DNA of 64,000 bases from a virus (lineage: Duplodnaviria; Heunggongvirae; Uroviricota; Caudoviricetes), in IMG/VR virus record IMGVR_UViG_3300045988_166199, positions 9,605-73,604 of that record; one strand, written 5' to 3'. Numbering within the stretch: the stretch's first letter is position 1; every line of letters begins with the position of its first letter. A program made the position numbers and the translations under genes. Below the pieces are notes generated by a model. It had not been told where the DNA came from and made no database searches. It saw nothing but the letters and a program-made list of their open reading frames with translations. Shown in pieces: positions 1 to 10,625 of the stretch.

Positions 1-25
1 AGGCTACCAGTTTAACGTCGAAGCT

Positions 26-895
26 GTGATATCAGATCGGCCACATAATCCACCTGCAGGTGCTCTTTTTAGCGAATCAAAATTCAAACATCAATCAACG
101 CTAAAATTAATCGGAAAAATCAAAGACAAACATGATCTTTTTACAGGAGTTAATGGCAAAAAATTCCCGTACTCTACGATGTCTCATGTAGTTAATAAGC
201 CGTTTGTTCTGGCGCTTGCACCCTTTGACTCCGATTTATCATTGTCTCAAAATAACACAATCATCAATCGAGTGTTGTTTGGCATTGAGGAACCTACCAC
301 CAGAAATTTGGTGACTGGCAGCCAAACTAAAGTTACCTCAATCAAAAAGAATGAAGACGTTGAAATTCCATTAGGTATATTTACTAACGACTCATATAAA
401 GAAATAAGTGCGGTTATTTTCTCCACCACCGGCACTTTTGGAAAAGCCGTGGTTCAAAGCGGTATCGGTAGATATGTAAGGTCAACACGATATCGAGCCA
501 TTGATGTGAATGATTTCATCGCCAATGAAGGGATGAAAAACGAGGGAAAGCACACACAAAGGATAGGTCCTGATCATTTCATCACTACATATCGGCATTT
601 TTTAAATAACGAAGTCACTGGTGCGGATATTGTAGTTTGCCATTCCACTGCTCATGAAGAGACGCACTTTGACGGCCTTCATATTTACTACAATCCTTTT
701 GCGACAGTGCCACTGGACAGAAATATTTTCTTCCCCCCAGAGATAACTCATAATTTTTACGATATGGAAAAAGAACAGTCTGTTCAGAATCATCCTGATG
801 GAGCGCTGGTATCTAGACAGGTTTTTGAACCAACTAGAGCACATTTTAGGTATATCATGAAACATTGGTTTCCAGGCTTTCTAAAAGATGTTTAA
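26..895 (+). CDS. hypothetical protein (289 aa)
   Basis: Long ORF in six-frame track; no recognisable motif; followed by hairpin terminator. Confidence 0.5.
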   Translation: MISDRPHNPPAGALFSESKFKHQSTLKLIGKIKDKHDLFTGVNGKKFPYSTMSHVVNKPFVLALAPFDSDLSLSQNNTIINRVLFGIEEPTTRNLVTGSQTKVTSIKKNEDVEIPLGIFTNDSYKEISAVIFSTTGTFGKAVVQSGIGRYVRSTRYRAIDVNDFIANEGMKNEGKHTQRIGPDHFITTYRHFLNNEVTGADIVVCHSTAHEETHFDGLHIYYNPFATVPLDRNIFFPPEITHNFYDMEKEQSVQNHPDGALVSRQVFEPTRAHFRYIMKHWFPGFLKDV

Positions 896-918
896 GCATC
901 CTGCTGGTTGAATTTGGA

Positions 919-980
919 ACCTGCTTCTGTATATAAATACTAAGTTACTTATTATTATTTATACGGAAGCAGGTCTTTTT
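919..980 (+). terminator. long-stem hairpin plus T-run (copy 1 of a repeated ~60-bp palindromic element)
   Basis: cctgcttctgtatataaata ... tatttatacggaagcagg followed by ttttt; near-identical element at 49721-49785. Confidence 0.6.
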
Positions 981-1083
981 CTATGCCAACTTCCCAGACA
1001 CATTCCCTTCCGTTTCCACTTCCAAAAACTGCCACCAGTCGCTATCATCCGCTCATTGCAATAAGTAAGTAACTACCTATCAG

Positions 1084-1833
1084 GTGAGCCACATGAGCCA
1101 AATCTTTTTTGATACCATTGACAACGACCAGTACGACTTCATGACAGAGTGGAATACCGCTGTTATGGACAAGTGGGTCGCTGAAAACATTGGTTTGTCG
1201 CGCTGCAATGACGAGGCTGAACTCTTCGAGACGAAGTGGTTTGATTACCGCGACATGCATCCTCTCATGGCCACCTGTCTTTTTACGGAGGCATACAAAC
1301 GTCAGTACTCAAATATCATGCTGACGCACGGTCGCGAACACTTTGAAACAGCTCCGTTCACCACCGGGTTAAAACGCCTGCCTTATCAGGAGTTGTCGAC
1401 TGCCAATAAAACGTCGCTATGGAAAGCACGCCAGTTTGCTGATCGCTATTGCTGTTCATACGACTACTTTATCTCCACGGTTCTTTCCGCAGCTGCACGG
1501 CGTCTGTGGGACAAGTTGCCGCGCCCACAGCATTTATGGCAGCCAGAACTGATTGAGATATTCGAAGAGAAATTATCCAGACGCGCAACAACCCGTCTGG
1601 ATGACTCTCTGGTTAGCTTTAAGCATATGGGAGACATGCAGTTCAACCCGATTCAGGAAAGCTATTTTGAGTGGATTCTGGAGCGTTTGCGCATCATCCC
1701 CCGCAGCAAGCGCATACGCGCAATTTTCTCTGCTATCTGGCTAATGGAAATCGTTCCAGAGCGCCTTATTTCCGCCCACTTTCCAGAAGAACTGGAAGAA
1801 GCACGGCGGTTTATTGATCCCCTATCTAATTAA
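1084..1833 (+). CDS. hypothetical protein (249 aa)
   Basis: ORF preceded by the recurrent TAAGTAAGTAACTACCTATC motif; no recognisable domain. Confidence 0.5.
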   Translation: MSHMSQIFFDTIDNDQYDFMTEWNTAVMDKWVAENIGLSRCNDEAELFETKWFDYRDMHPLMATCLFTEAYKRQYSNIMLTHGREHFETAPFTTGLKRLPYQELSTANKTSLWKARQFADRYCCSYDYFISTVLSAAARRLWDKLPRPQHLWQPELIEIFEEKLSRRATTRLDDSLVSFKHMGDMQFNPIQESYFEWILERLRIIPRSKRIRAIFSAIWLMEIVPERLISAHFPEELEEARRFIDPLSN

Positions 1834-1876
1834 CTAATACTAGAAAACAATTTGTTTAAAAAACAAAGGAAAGCAC

Positions 1877-3217
1877 ATGACCGAACTTTGCCATACAGGA
1901 CGCGGGCTGTCCGAAGAGTTTGATGAAGATTTCCAGAACAGACTGACGGCATATTTTTGTCGTGATCACGAGTTTCTTACTCGTGCGGGAGATCTGGTTG
2001 TGCCTAGCCAATTTGCCAATGCGGCCAATGCCATATTGGTTAATATGGTTTCGGGCTATTACCGTATGTACAAGAGCGCGCCTTCTTCATCTGCGATTCT
2101 GGATATGCTTAAGCGCGCGAAACGCGATAAGACCATCCGTGAGGAACTCTTCCCGGATGTTGTTGCTGCGTTTAAGCGCATCCTTGCAGAAAAATTGTCT
2201 GATACCTCGTACATGGTTGACCAGGTATCCACATTCGCAAAAAGTGTAGCGTTTGATGATGCTCTGATTAAAGCTGCTGAACTGAAAGAGAAGGGCGACT
2301 TTCAGGGGGCGATGGCAATCATGGCCAAGGTTCAGCAGATAGGCTCGAACGAAGCGACCGGAATCTATGACTACTACACCTCCGCAAGTGAGCGATTGAA
2401 AGCGCGTGAATATGAGGCTTCAGAGGAGTATGTGCCAAACAGCATTACAACTGGACTCCCTCTGCTCGATAGGTTGCTGTACCAAAAAGGCTGGGCGAAG
2501 CGTGAAATGGTGCTCTTCATGGGGTTCGCTAAATCCGGCAAATCGACCGCAATGGGTGAGTTTTCCATAAACGCAACGCTTGCTGGCTACAATGTTCTGT
2601 ATCTCTCGCTGGAGGTTCACACCACCATTTTATCCGACCGTTTTGATGCAAGATTGTCGGAGACAGAAATGTCCAAGCTGGTGGAACGGCGCGATGAGGT
2701 TCATCGTAAGTTGGCAGAGTTGGGAGCCACGAAGGGGATTGGTAGTTTGTGGGTGGTTGAGCGTCCGTCAGGAAGTATGTCACCGGCAGATCTGGACCGT
2801 ATGCTTAACAGCATGAAAGCCAACGGCATGGTGCCTGACATGGTTGTTGTCGACTACGCAGATTTGATGCGTGCCAGTTATGACCTTCGTGATGATCGCG
2901 CCAACATTCGTAGTATCTACACCGATTTACGTGCTCTTTATGACAAGCATAACGTTGCTGGTATCACGGCGTCGCAAACAAACCGTGAAGGTGGCGCGTC
3001 AGAAGTTGCCACAATGATGCACGCTGCCGACAACATCGAAAAAGTACGTATTGCTGACCTGGTAATAACGATCAACAAAACCGAAGAAGAAGAAGCGAAA
3101 GGAGAGGCTCGTCTCTACTTTGCTGGTTCGCGTAACCAGCAGGGAGGGATCAGCATTCGCGTTAAACAAAACCTCGAACAAATGCGCTTCATTGAGCGAA
3201 TCTTAGACGTTACCTAA
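1877..3217 (+). CDS. DnaB-like replicative DNA helicase
   Basis: Walker A GFAKSGKST, Walker B-like DMVVVDYADLM, SQTNREG motif typical of DnaB/gp4-family helicases; extended RBS context AAAGGAAAGCACATG; immediately upstream of primase. Confidence 0.75.
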   Translation: MTELCHTGRGLSEEFDEDFQNRLTAYFCRDHEFLTRAGDLVVPSQFANAANAILVNMVSGYYRMYKSAPSSSAILDMLKRAKRDKTIREELFPDVVAAFKRILAEKLSDTSYMVDQVSTFAKSVAFDDALIKAAELKEKGDFQGAMAIMAKVQQIGSNEATGIYDYYTSASERLKAREYEASEEYVPNSITTGLPLLDRLLYQKGWAKREMVLFMGFAKSGKSTAMGEFSINATLAGYNVLYLSLEVHTTILSDRFDARLSETEMSKLVERRDEVHRKLAELGATKGIGSLWVVERPSGSMSPADLDRMLNSMKANGMVPDMVVVDYADLMRASYDLRDDRANIRSIYTDLRALYDKHNVAGITASQTNREGGASEVATMMHAADNIEKVRIADLVITINKTEEEEAKGEARLYFAGSRNQQGGISIRVKQNLEQMRFIERILDVT

Positions 3218-3298
3218 AAAATAAGCGTGGAGAACACCTCCACGCTTGATTCATTGGTGAAACAACTTTTCTTTTGCCAAACCACAAAAGAAAAACAC

Positions 3299-4480
3299 AT
3301 GAGCCTTTATGTTATATCAACATTTAGGTTGGTCACAATATTGCCTGTTAAAAGTGGAATTATCGTGAGCGAGCTGAAAGAGCTAATTACCGAATTAGAT
3401 TTTGAACAATGGTTGGATACTGAAGGTATCGTTTATCGACGTGGAGGCGTGAGTACTCGCGGTCGTGAAGTGAATATCAAGGAGTGTCCGGTATGCGGCA
3501 GCTCCAACTGGAAGGTATATTTCAATCTGACCAGTGGCGTCGGTAAATGCTTCGCTGGTGATCATCCCGAAGAGATTCAGTTCAATAAGCTGGTCTTCCT
3601 CAAGCACTACAGCGGTAAATCACGACGACAGTTCGAGGAATATGTGCAGAACGCTCTTCTTTCCCAGGGGTGGGCACCAAAGAAAGAAGAGATAGTGCTT
3701 GCAAGCACAGTCGAGTTAGAGGGACCAGTTGCACTCCCTCGTCATTACGATCTTCCTATAGATGGCCATCTTCCAGACTATCTGGTTGAACGAAATATAT
3801 CGCCTGAAATGGCAAAGTATTTTGACCTACGATACTGCGTCGAAGGCAAGCACGCTTATGTAGATCCGTATACAGATCAGGTTAAAGGACAGATTTTCGA
3901 TATGCGAATACTGATACCGGTTTACGATCTGGATGGGGTAATGAAGACATTTCAAGGACGAGACATTACCGGTACAGCAGAACGCCGCTACCTCTTTCCT
4001 ATGCAGCTTCCAGCTTCAGGTAAGTTTCTCTACAACGGCCACAATGCAGTCGGCAAACAGACTGTAGTTGTCTGTGAGGGGGCGTTCGATGTTATGGGGG
4101 TCAAACGAGCTATTTTTGACGAAGAAACATTACGCGATTACGTGGAACCAATAGGAACGTTCGGGATGCATCTATCTGGTAACACCACTCAGGATGCAGA
4201 AGATCAGTTGGGCGCGTTCCTGACGCTCAAGGCGCGTGGATTACGTAATGTGATCATGATGTGGGATAGTGAAAAGCAAGCTATACGAAACACTATGGCC
4301 GCAGCCAGGCGACTGACCAGTATCGGTCTTAATGTGAAAATTGCATGTTTGGGCGAGGAAGGACTCGACCCCGGCGATGCGACCCCGGGGCAGATTATCA
4401 AAGCCTACTATTGCGCAAAACCTTACTCACGACAGCTTGAACTTTTAAGCAAGGTAAAAGGCATAGCAGCATTAGTTTGA
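3299..4480 (+). CDS. DnaG-like DNA primase (zinc ribbon + TOPRIM)
   Basis: Zn-ribbon CPVCGSS..GKCF; TOPRIM-like VVCEGAFDVMG; start placed at in-frame ATG 3299 preceded by AAAGAAAAACACATG (ORF track starts at 3227). Confidence 0.75.
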   Translation: MSLYVISTFRLVTILPVKSGIIVSELKELITELDFEQWLDTEGIVYRRGGVSTRGREVNIKECPVCGSSNWKVYFNLTSGVGKCFAGDHPEEIQFNKLVFLKHYSGKSRRQFEEYVQNALLSQGWAPKKEEIVLASTVELEGPVALPRHYDLPIDGHLPDYLVERNISPEMAKYFDLRYCVEGKHAYVDPYTDQVKGQIFDMRILIPVYDLDGVMKTFQGRDITGTAERRYLFPMQLPASGKFLYNGHNAVGKQTVVVCEGAFDVMGVKRAIFDEETLRDYVEPIGTFGMHLSGNTTQDAEDQLGAFLTLKARGLRNVIMMWDSEKQAIRNTMAAARRLTSIGLNVKIACLGEEGLDPGDATPGQIIKAYYCAKPYSRQLELLSKVKGIAALV

Positions 4481-5617
4481 ACCAGTATTAGTCACGTACA
4501 CATTGACCGAAAATGATTTAACTTCTGTGTTGAAGTTGTCAGTCATTACCGCGAGGTAGGCATTCTTGGTATCTCTGAATTGCTTCAGGATGATTTGAAC
4601 GTTGTCGGTGCAAACAAACGAGGTAGCCAGATTGCCTCCTTTCTCTGAAAAATCCTTCAGGAAGGTGCAGTCAACTTTGCCATCATTAGCGGTGAAGGTA
4701 GCATCATCACCCTGCCAGGTAAATGTAGCGTTAACGCCCTTATCAATGGATTTAGCAATAAGTCGCTGGGTGGCGGATTTTGTTTTGGCTTTGGAAGCCG
4801 GCGCTCGATATTTGCCGCTTTCTTTCAGTTCTGCAATGTAATCGCAGCCTCTTTTTTCTCCTTTATCGCAAGCAGTCTGATAAAGGTCGGCTGCTTTTTT
4901 ATAGTCCTTTTTTACACCTTCCCCATTCTCATACATAATGCCAAGATTGGTTATGGCGTCGGCGTTTCCAAGTTCCGCTGCCTTTTTATACCACTTAACT
5001 GCTTCTGCATCATTGCGTTTAACGCCTAACCCATCATCGTATAGTATTCCTAATCCTATCATAGCTTCTGAACTGCCTTGGTCTGCCGCCTTTTTGTAAT
5101 AAGTAAAAGCCTTTTTATAATTCTTTTTAACGCCTTTACCATATTGGTAATACGCCCCAAGAACTGAAGTTGCTTTAACATACCCGGCATCAGAGGCTAG
5201 TTTGAAGTATTTAATGGCGAGTGCATGATCTACTTTACCAAGCATCCCCTTTTGATAAATAGCACCAAGATTGTTGTAGGCTCTACCTTCACGAGCATCC
5301 CCCGCAAGTTTGTAGTACTCAACAGCTTTATTTAGGTCTTTATCTACACCCTCGCCAAATGTGTACATAACTCCAAGTGCATAATATGCTACTTTATCTC
5401 CCTTTTCTGCAGCTAGATCAATCCACTTCTTGGCCTCAACTACATCCTTATCAAAACCATTGACACCATCAAAATAATTTGTACCTAACTCACTTTGTGC
5501 TGCGGTATCCCCTGCGGTAGCGGCTTCTATCAGCGTTTGTTTATTGTCTGCGTTAACGAATCCAGAGTTAAAAAGCAAAGTTAATGCCAGCAACGATGAA
5601 GATTTTATGTATTTCAT
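4472..5617 (-). CDS. secreted Sel1-like repeat (SLR) protein
   Basis: N-terminal signal peptide; about 7 tandem Sel1/TPR-like repeats (A.YYLG.MY..G.GV.KD...A..WY.KAA); opposite strand to flanking replication genes. Confidence 0.75.
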   Translation of the reverse strand: MKYIKSSSLLALTLLFNSGFVNADNKQTLIEAATAGDTAAQSELGTNYFDGVNGFDKDVVEAKKWIDLAAEKGDKVAYYALGVMYTFGEGVDKDLNKAVEYYKLAGDAREGRAYNNLGAIYQKGMLGKVDHALAIKYFKLASDAGYVKATSVLGAYYQYGKGVKKNYKKAFTYYKKAADQGSSEAMIGLGILYDDGLGVKRNDAEAVKWYKKAAELGNADAITNLGIMYENGEGVKKDYKKAADLYQTACDKGEKRGCDYIAELKESGKYRAPASKAKTKSATQRLIAKSIDKGVNATFTWQGDDATFTANDGKVDCTFLKDFSEKGGNLATSFVCTDNVQIILKQFRDTKNAYLAVMTDNFNTEVKSFSVNVYVTNTGSN

Positions 5618-5850
5618 GTTTTTTTGTTCTGTTGATATAGGATGAACAGTTTAGACGCGGCAAGCGTCAAGTGTGCGAAAAGGGTACTTAAATTTAGTTA
5701 ATCTGTCAGCTTTGATAATTTAATTTATGAACTGTAAAGTTGATGTGATATTAATCACCGATGGAAATAATGAGCTATGGAATTATTGTGACACGGCTCG
5801 TGTTTTGGTTAACTAATACCTACGATAAATATAAATAAAGGGAAGTCAAA

Positions 5851-6264
5851 ATGAGCAAAAAGAAGTTGATTTTAACAGGTGCTTTATTGTCTTTGTTTGC
5901 ATTAGTTGGGTGTAAGCCTACAGACGAGAAGGCTATTACTCTGGGCCAACAGGCAATTGCGGATGATATGAAAGATCCCACGTCGGTGATGTTTAGGAAA
6001 GATAAGTTTGTCAGGACTGATCATGATGATGGGAGTGTGACAGGCTTTGTGTGTGGTGAATTAAACGCCAAAAATGGCTTTGGTGCATACGTGGGCTATC
6101 ACTCATATGTTGTTGAACTCGAAATGAAGCCAAAGGGCATGTTTTCAAAAGGGGTGGTATACAAAATCCTATCGAAGTCGTTGGCACCTAATGATCCTCA
6201 TGATTTACAGCGTTATAAGCAGGTCTACAGAAAGATGTGCAACAGTGAGGCTGTAGCTCATTAA
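5851..6264 (+). CDS. putative lipoprotein (137 aa)
   Basis: Signal peptide with lipobox LVGC. Confidence 0.55.
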   Translation: MSKKKLILTGALLSLFALVGCKPTDEKAITLGQQAIADDMKDPTSVMFRKDKFVRTDHDDGSVTGFVCGELNAKNGFGAYVGYHSYVVELEMKPKGMFSKGVVYKILSKSLAPNDPHDLQRYKQVYRKMCNSEAVAH

Positions 6265-6389
6265 AGGTGAATGCTGGGCTGCGGATACGCCCGGCATCTT
6301 AGTATAAAGAACTATTGCACCTAAAATGATAAGTATATACATACTTAAGTTTTTGTAAGAATACTTTCATCCGTTAGCTAGGAGTTGGT

Positions 6390-7172
6390 ATGAAAGAAGA
6401 AATTAAGAGATTAGCCTGCAACATCATTGATAAAACTGGTTTAGAAATCAGCGAGAGCAATCGGCTAGACATCATTGGAAAAGCCGTCAATACGGCAATG
6501 GATCATATCGCCACTCGTTTGGTCGAGATCCCGCTACCGGGGCTACCTTATCTGAAGGTTAAGTTGTGCGTATGGGGCGAACCTGCACATGCACGACGTT
6601 CTGCATTAGTTGTTTTTGTACGCAAAGAAAACTTACGAACTCTAAAAGTGCAGGTTGGGACGTGGTTTGATGGCAGAGTCATCTATACAGATACCATTAT
6701 CTGTCCTCCAGGTGACGAACATATTGAAGCCGTTATTCGAGAATCAATTCGAGCTATGCGTAGTTTAGCTTTGCTGGAAGACAAGCAAAACTTTGAAGAT
6801 TACTTGCTGTCGGTAAAAGCTGAACCAACATTGTCTCTGAAAGCCGATTTCGTCACCCCGACAAATCTGTTGGAGGTTTTGATTAATAAAGGGGCTAATG
6901 ATGCTGTAAATCTAATCAGGGAGAGCGAATATTCGACTCTTTGGGACATGTGCAAAAGCCAGTTGGATCTTGTGCATATCATTGTTGATGCGGGTAAGGC
7001 GTGTGATGGCGTAATGGCGGAATTTGCTGGGAAGATGGTCAGGATTGCTAACGAATTACCGATGATAGAGCAAGAGGCCAAATCATACGCCACCAATCAT
7101 GTCACAGAGCTTCTTGCCCCCTATCGCTTAGAAAGCGATCAGCGCAAGATGATTAGCTGGGGAAGTTGGTAA
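6390..7172 (+). CDS. hypothetical protein (260 aa)
   Basis: ORF with RBS-like ggag upstream; no motif recognised. Confidence 0.5.
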   Translation: MKEEIKRLACNIIDKTGLEISESNRLDIIGKAVNTAMDHIATRLVEIPLPGLPYLKVKLCVWGEPAHARRSALVVFVRKENLRTLKVQVGTWFDGRVIYTDTIICPPGDEHIEAVIRESIRAMRSLALLEDKQNFEDYLLSVKAEPTLSLKADFVTPTNLLEVLINKGANDAVNLIRESEYSTLWDMCKSQLDLVHIIVDAGKACDGVMAEFAGKMVRIANELPMIEQEAKSYATNHVTELLAPYRLESDQRKMISWGSW

Positions 7173-7239
7173 GCTCTCTGTGTGTCGTTTTTTACGCAAA
7201 TAATGATAGGTAAGCACAAGATTATTTCTGGCGGTAATT

Positions 7240-7710
7240 GTGAAAGCTGATTTGTCAAAAATCCCTTCTATTTCAGGAAATAACGGTTATTCACTTCGTT
7301 GTGAGGAAGTAAAGATAAACGGTGAGTCGGCATATTGCAGCTACTCCGTTTGCCAGCACACCATTCTTGCCTTCAAAGAAAACCGTCTTCCTCGAACGTC
7401 TTTCCAGTCGTGCGCAACCGCTATTAAAGCAGGCAAATGCAAGGCGTTAAAAATGATGGTTGAAGAGATTCGTAAAGGAGAATCTCTGTATTACGAAGAT
7501 ATGACCGCACTCATTAAGGAGGTTGAAGAACGGAATAAACAAGCCAGAACTATAAAACGAAAACGTGACAGTGTAACGATTAATAGCATGGTTAAGAAGA
7601 GCGCCACATCACAAACAGCGATCACTGACGTGTATGCGGCGTTGATTGAAGAAACAACAAAAGAAACACATGAGCAAATCGATCAACATATGGAGGCAAA
7701 ACAACAATGA
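7240..7710 (+). CDS. hypothetical protein (156 aa)
   Basis: ORF preceded by GATAGGTAAGCA motif; stop overlaps ligase start. Confidence 0.45.
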   Translation: MKADLSKIPSISGNNGYSLRCEEVKINGESAYCSYSVCQHTILAFKENRLPRTSFQSCATAIKAGKCKALKMMVEEIRKGESLYYEDMTALIKEVEERNKQARTIKRKRDSVTINSMVKKSATSQTAITDVYAALIEETTKETHEQIDQHMEAKQQ

Positions 7711-9029
7711 AAAAGTTGATCGCACTTAAGCATAAGCTGGACGAAATGAAAGCTATGGGAACCAATGCAAAAAAAGAGGCATTGGCCAACATGGATGACT
7801 TTGAACAAAGCATGGTTTCATTGATGCTCAACCCTTTCATCCGTTTTGGGGTAAAGAAATACAAAGTGGCAGAGCCGCTTAGTGAGTCCGTCCCAAGTGA
7901 CGAAAAAGCCATTGATGTACTGAATAAGCTGGCCTCTCGCGAGCTGACGGGGAACGCAGCAATAGCTGCTGTTGAGTCTATCGTGGCGTCAATGTGCGCC
8001 GATGGGCAGGACGTCTTCCGTCGTTTCCTCTTAAAAGATCCGAAAGCTGGCGTTGGGATTAGCCTATGCAACAAGGTTTTTGAAAATCCCATTCCGAAAT
8101 TCGAGGTGCAGCTGGCGTCACCGTATAAAGAAAAAGGCGACAAATACCCCTTCAAGCCAAACCCTAAAGCAAAATGGCCGATGATTGGCAGCCTTAAGCT
8201 CGATGGTTTGCGAGTAATTTGCGAGGTTATTGTTGACGAAGAAGAGGTTAACTTCCTTTCTCGTACTGGTAATCCAATCACGTCTCTCGATCACCTAAAG
8301 CCAGCCATGCTCGAATTAGGCAAACTTTCAGGCCACAAACACATCTTCTTCGATGGTGAAGGCACAGCCGGTTCATTTAACCAGTCCGTATCTGCATTGC
8401 GCAAAAAGAACGTGCAGGCAATTGGCGCTATTTATCATGTTTTCGACTTCTTCCTACCGGAATGGCGAGCACAGGCTAAATCCAAAGAGTATGCAAAGAC
8501 AGGTATGAAGCTGAAAGAGCGCCTGGCTATGCTCGTGGCGTTGTTCAAAAACGATCGCAGTGAAGGCTACGCACAAGACATTCACCTGCATCCGTTCTAC
8601 ATCATCCATAGCCACGAAGACTTCATCGAACGCTTCATGAAACGCCTGGACGATAACGAAGAAGGGGAGATGGGCAAAGATCCGAACTCTGTTTACGAGT
8701 TTAAACGTACCCGCAGCTGGTGGAAGTTAAAAGACGAAGATTCAGAAGATGGTGAAATTATCGATTTTGAGCCGGGCGACCCGGACTCTGGTTTTGCCAA
8801 CACGCTTGGGAAAATTGTTATTCGTCTTGAAAACGGCGTCATCGTTCGTGCGAGCGGCATTAAGCATAAATATCTGGACGAGATCTGGAACAACAAAGAG
8901 AAGTACCGTGGTCGTATTGTCGAGGTTCATTGTCACGAGAAAACACCTGATGGCAGCTTACGCCACCCACGACTGAAATGGCCGCGTTGCTTACGCGATA
9001 CCGAAGATCGAATCGGAGATAAAGAATGA
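7707..9029 (+). CDS. ATP-dependent DNA ligase
   Basis: Motif I KLDGLR (KxDGxR adenylation lysine), motif V-like SWWKLKDE; T4 ligase-like. Confidence 0.8.
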   Translation: MKKLIALKHKLDEMKAMGTNAKKEALANMDDFEQSMVSLMLNPFIRFGVKKYKVAEPLSESVPSDEKAIDVLNKLASRELTGNAAIAAVESIVASMCADGQDVFRRFLLKDPKAGVGISLCNKVFENPIPKFEVQLASPYKEKGDKYPFKPNPKAKWPMIGSLKLDGLRVICEVIVDEEEVNFLSRTGNPITSLDHLKPAMLELGKLSGHKHIFFDGEGTAGSFNQSVSALRKKNVQAIGAIYHVFDFFLPEWRAQAKSKEYAKTGMKLKERLAMLVALFKNDRSEGYAQDIHLHPFYIIHSHEDFIERFMKRLDDNEEGEMGKDPNSVYEFKRTRSWWKLKDEDSEDGEIIDFEPGDPDSGFANTLGKIVIRLENGVIVRASGIKHKYLDEIWNNKEKYRGRIVEVHCHEKTPDGSLRHPRLKWPRCLRDTEDRIGDKE

Positions 9030-9241
9030 TCGTATTAAGTAAACGGGAGAAAGAAACGCTTCATGAAATAAGTAAGTGGCCGGAGTTCCCTGAGTACTGG
9101 AAGCCTAAAACGCGAGCTAAGTTAGAGCGTTTAGGGTTGGTTGCAAACGTTTCTGAAACGTGGCGCTCGGCCAACTACCAGTTAACTGATAAAGGGAAAT
9201 TATTGCTACAGCAATTAGTAGAATCAGGAGCCTTTAAATGA
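9026..9241 (+). CDS. hypothetical protein (71 aa)
   Basis: ORF overlapping ligase stop. Confidence 0.4.
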   Translation: MIVLSKREKETLHEISKWPEFPEYWKPKTRAKLERLGLVANVSETWRSANYQLTDKGKLLLQQLVESGAFK

Positions 9242-9388
9242 TTCCATACATCTCATTGGCTTTTATGGCTGGCTTCCTTATCGGCTTCGGCATCTGTCAT
9301 GATTTGATTAAGCAGGAACTTAAAACCAAAACACTGTGCATCGGAAAGCGCGTGTATCGAGTAGTTCATGAAACAAAGGTGAAAAAAT
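9239..9388 (+). CDS. small membrane protein (about 49 aa, below ORF-track cutoff)
   Basis: ATGATTCCATACATC... hydrophobic ORF MIPYISLAFMAGFLIGFGICHDL; its first 24 nt are repeated at 10250 and partly at 15045. Confidence 0.35.
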
Positions 9389-9677
9389 GAGCAAGTTAAC
9401 TTCTTGGGAATGGTGGTTGGTCACCTATTTCTTAGCGGCCGGAGTCGCATTCGCCTTTTACGTAGGTCAGTTAGTCGTAAAACTGTTGCTGATTAAATTT
9501 GCTAGTCATAAACGTATCGATGATGGTCTGTGGCGTCTTGGCACCCTGGTGGAAACTCGCTACGGGCAACTTAAGGAGAACGAAACCATTACTATCCAAG
9601 CGAAACAATTCACTGCCACCATCACAAGAACACCTAGTCGTAGAGTGGCCTTGATCAAAAAAGTCACAACCGAATAA
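9387..9677 (+). CDS. putative membrane protein (96 aa)
   Basis: N-terminal hydrophobic helix WWLVTYFLAAGVAFAFYVG. Confidence 0.45.
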   Translation: MSKLTSWEWWLVTYFLAAGVAFAFYVGQLVVKLLLIKFASHKRIDDGLWRLGTLVETRYGQLKENETITIQAKQFTATITRTPSRRVALIKKVTTE

Positions 9678-10454
9678 AAATACAATAATAAGTATTTACT
9701 TACCTATCTTTTATGTATAAGATGACTTTGTTTTCGTTGAGACGCGACTGTTTGAACTTAAATACAAGTGCAAACGAAGAAGTCTATCTGGCAGTAGCCT
9801 AATAAGCCAAACACCAGCGAGGTCAGTTTCCAGCCTCGTTACCGAAATGGGACACACTGAGCGAGTGTGATTGCAGAACGCAGGAGGGAACATGAGAGTT
9901 CCCTCCGATGAAGTAACAGAATGGGCGGTCAGTATATTTTCAACTCATATACGACTCCCGGATTCTTAGCCAATGACCGCCCATCCTGTTACGTCATTTT
10001 GTTCAATTATGTCGTTTATACTGGGTTAAAAAGCGGCGACGTAGCCCGGCTGGTATGGTTAGCCAGCACACAACGTTGAGGCCATTACATTTTTATCAAT
10101 TCTAAGGTTCTATTCACAGAGATACCGGCGAGCGTTGATATGTAACATGTTGGGCAAACATTCAATCGGAGTAGTGGCCTCAACGTTGTGAAGACAGGAT
10201 TGTTGTATAGGTTTAACCACTGTTGCCATTAGTGCCTGTTTTCACAACAAATGATTCCATACATCACATTGTATAAATTACAAAGTAGGTGCTGTCCTCA
10301 GAAACATCATCTACTTAAAGATTTTGCCTTCTATTGAGCGAAGTCGAAAACGTCTGGCACTAACGGAAAGTGCCAGTAGCGGTGTGTTTCCTGGCAGAAA
10401 CTAACACCGCCGCGATTGGCACTGTTGAGTAATAAATACTGGCAGTGCTGAATT

Positions 10455-10529
10455 GATGGTGTAGCTCAGCGGTAGAGCAGTTGGCTGTTAACCAACTGGT
10501 CGGTGGTTCGAATCCACCCACCATCGCCA
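10455..10529 (+). tRNA. tRNA-Asn (anticodon GTT)
   Basis: Cloverleaf: acceptor gatggtg/caccatc, anticodon loop ctGTTaa, T-loop ggttcgaatcc, 3' CCA; sequence differs from host asn tRNAs. Confidence 0.8.
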
Positions 10530-10534
10530 ATTTA

Positions 10535-10621
10535 GGGGAGTTAGTCCGTAGAGGTAGCGGGACAGACTGTAAATCTACTGTCATTGCGACTCGGGTGGTT
10601 CGACTCCATCACTCCCCACCA
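10535..10621 (+). tRNA. tRNA-Tyr (anticodon GTA)
   Basis: Acceptor ggggagt/actcccc, anticodon loop ctGTAaa, long variable arm, ggttcgactcc T-loop, CCA. Confidence 0.8.
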
Positions 10622-10625
10622 AATT

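Noticed and set aside
2374-4401. Multiple 60-98-aa ORFs inside the helicase and primase genes on either strand
   Set aside because: Nested within motif-supported long coding sequences; no RBS or conservation signal.
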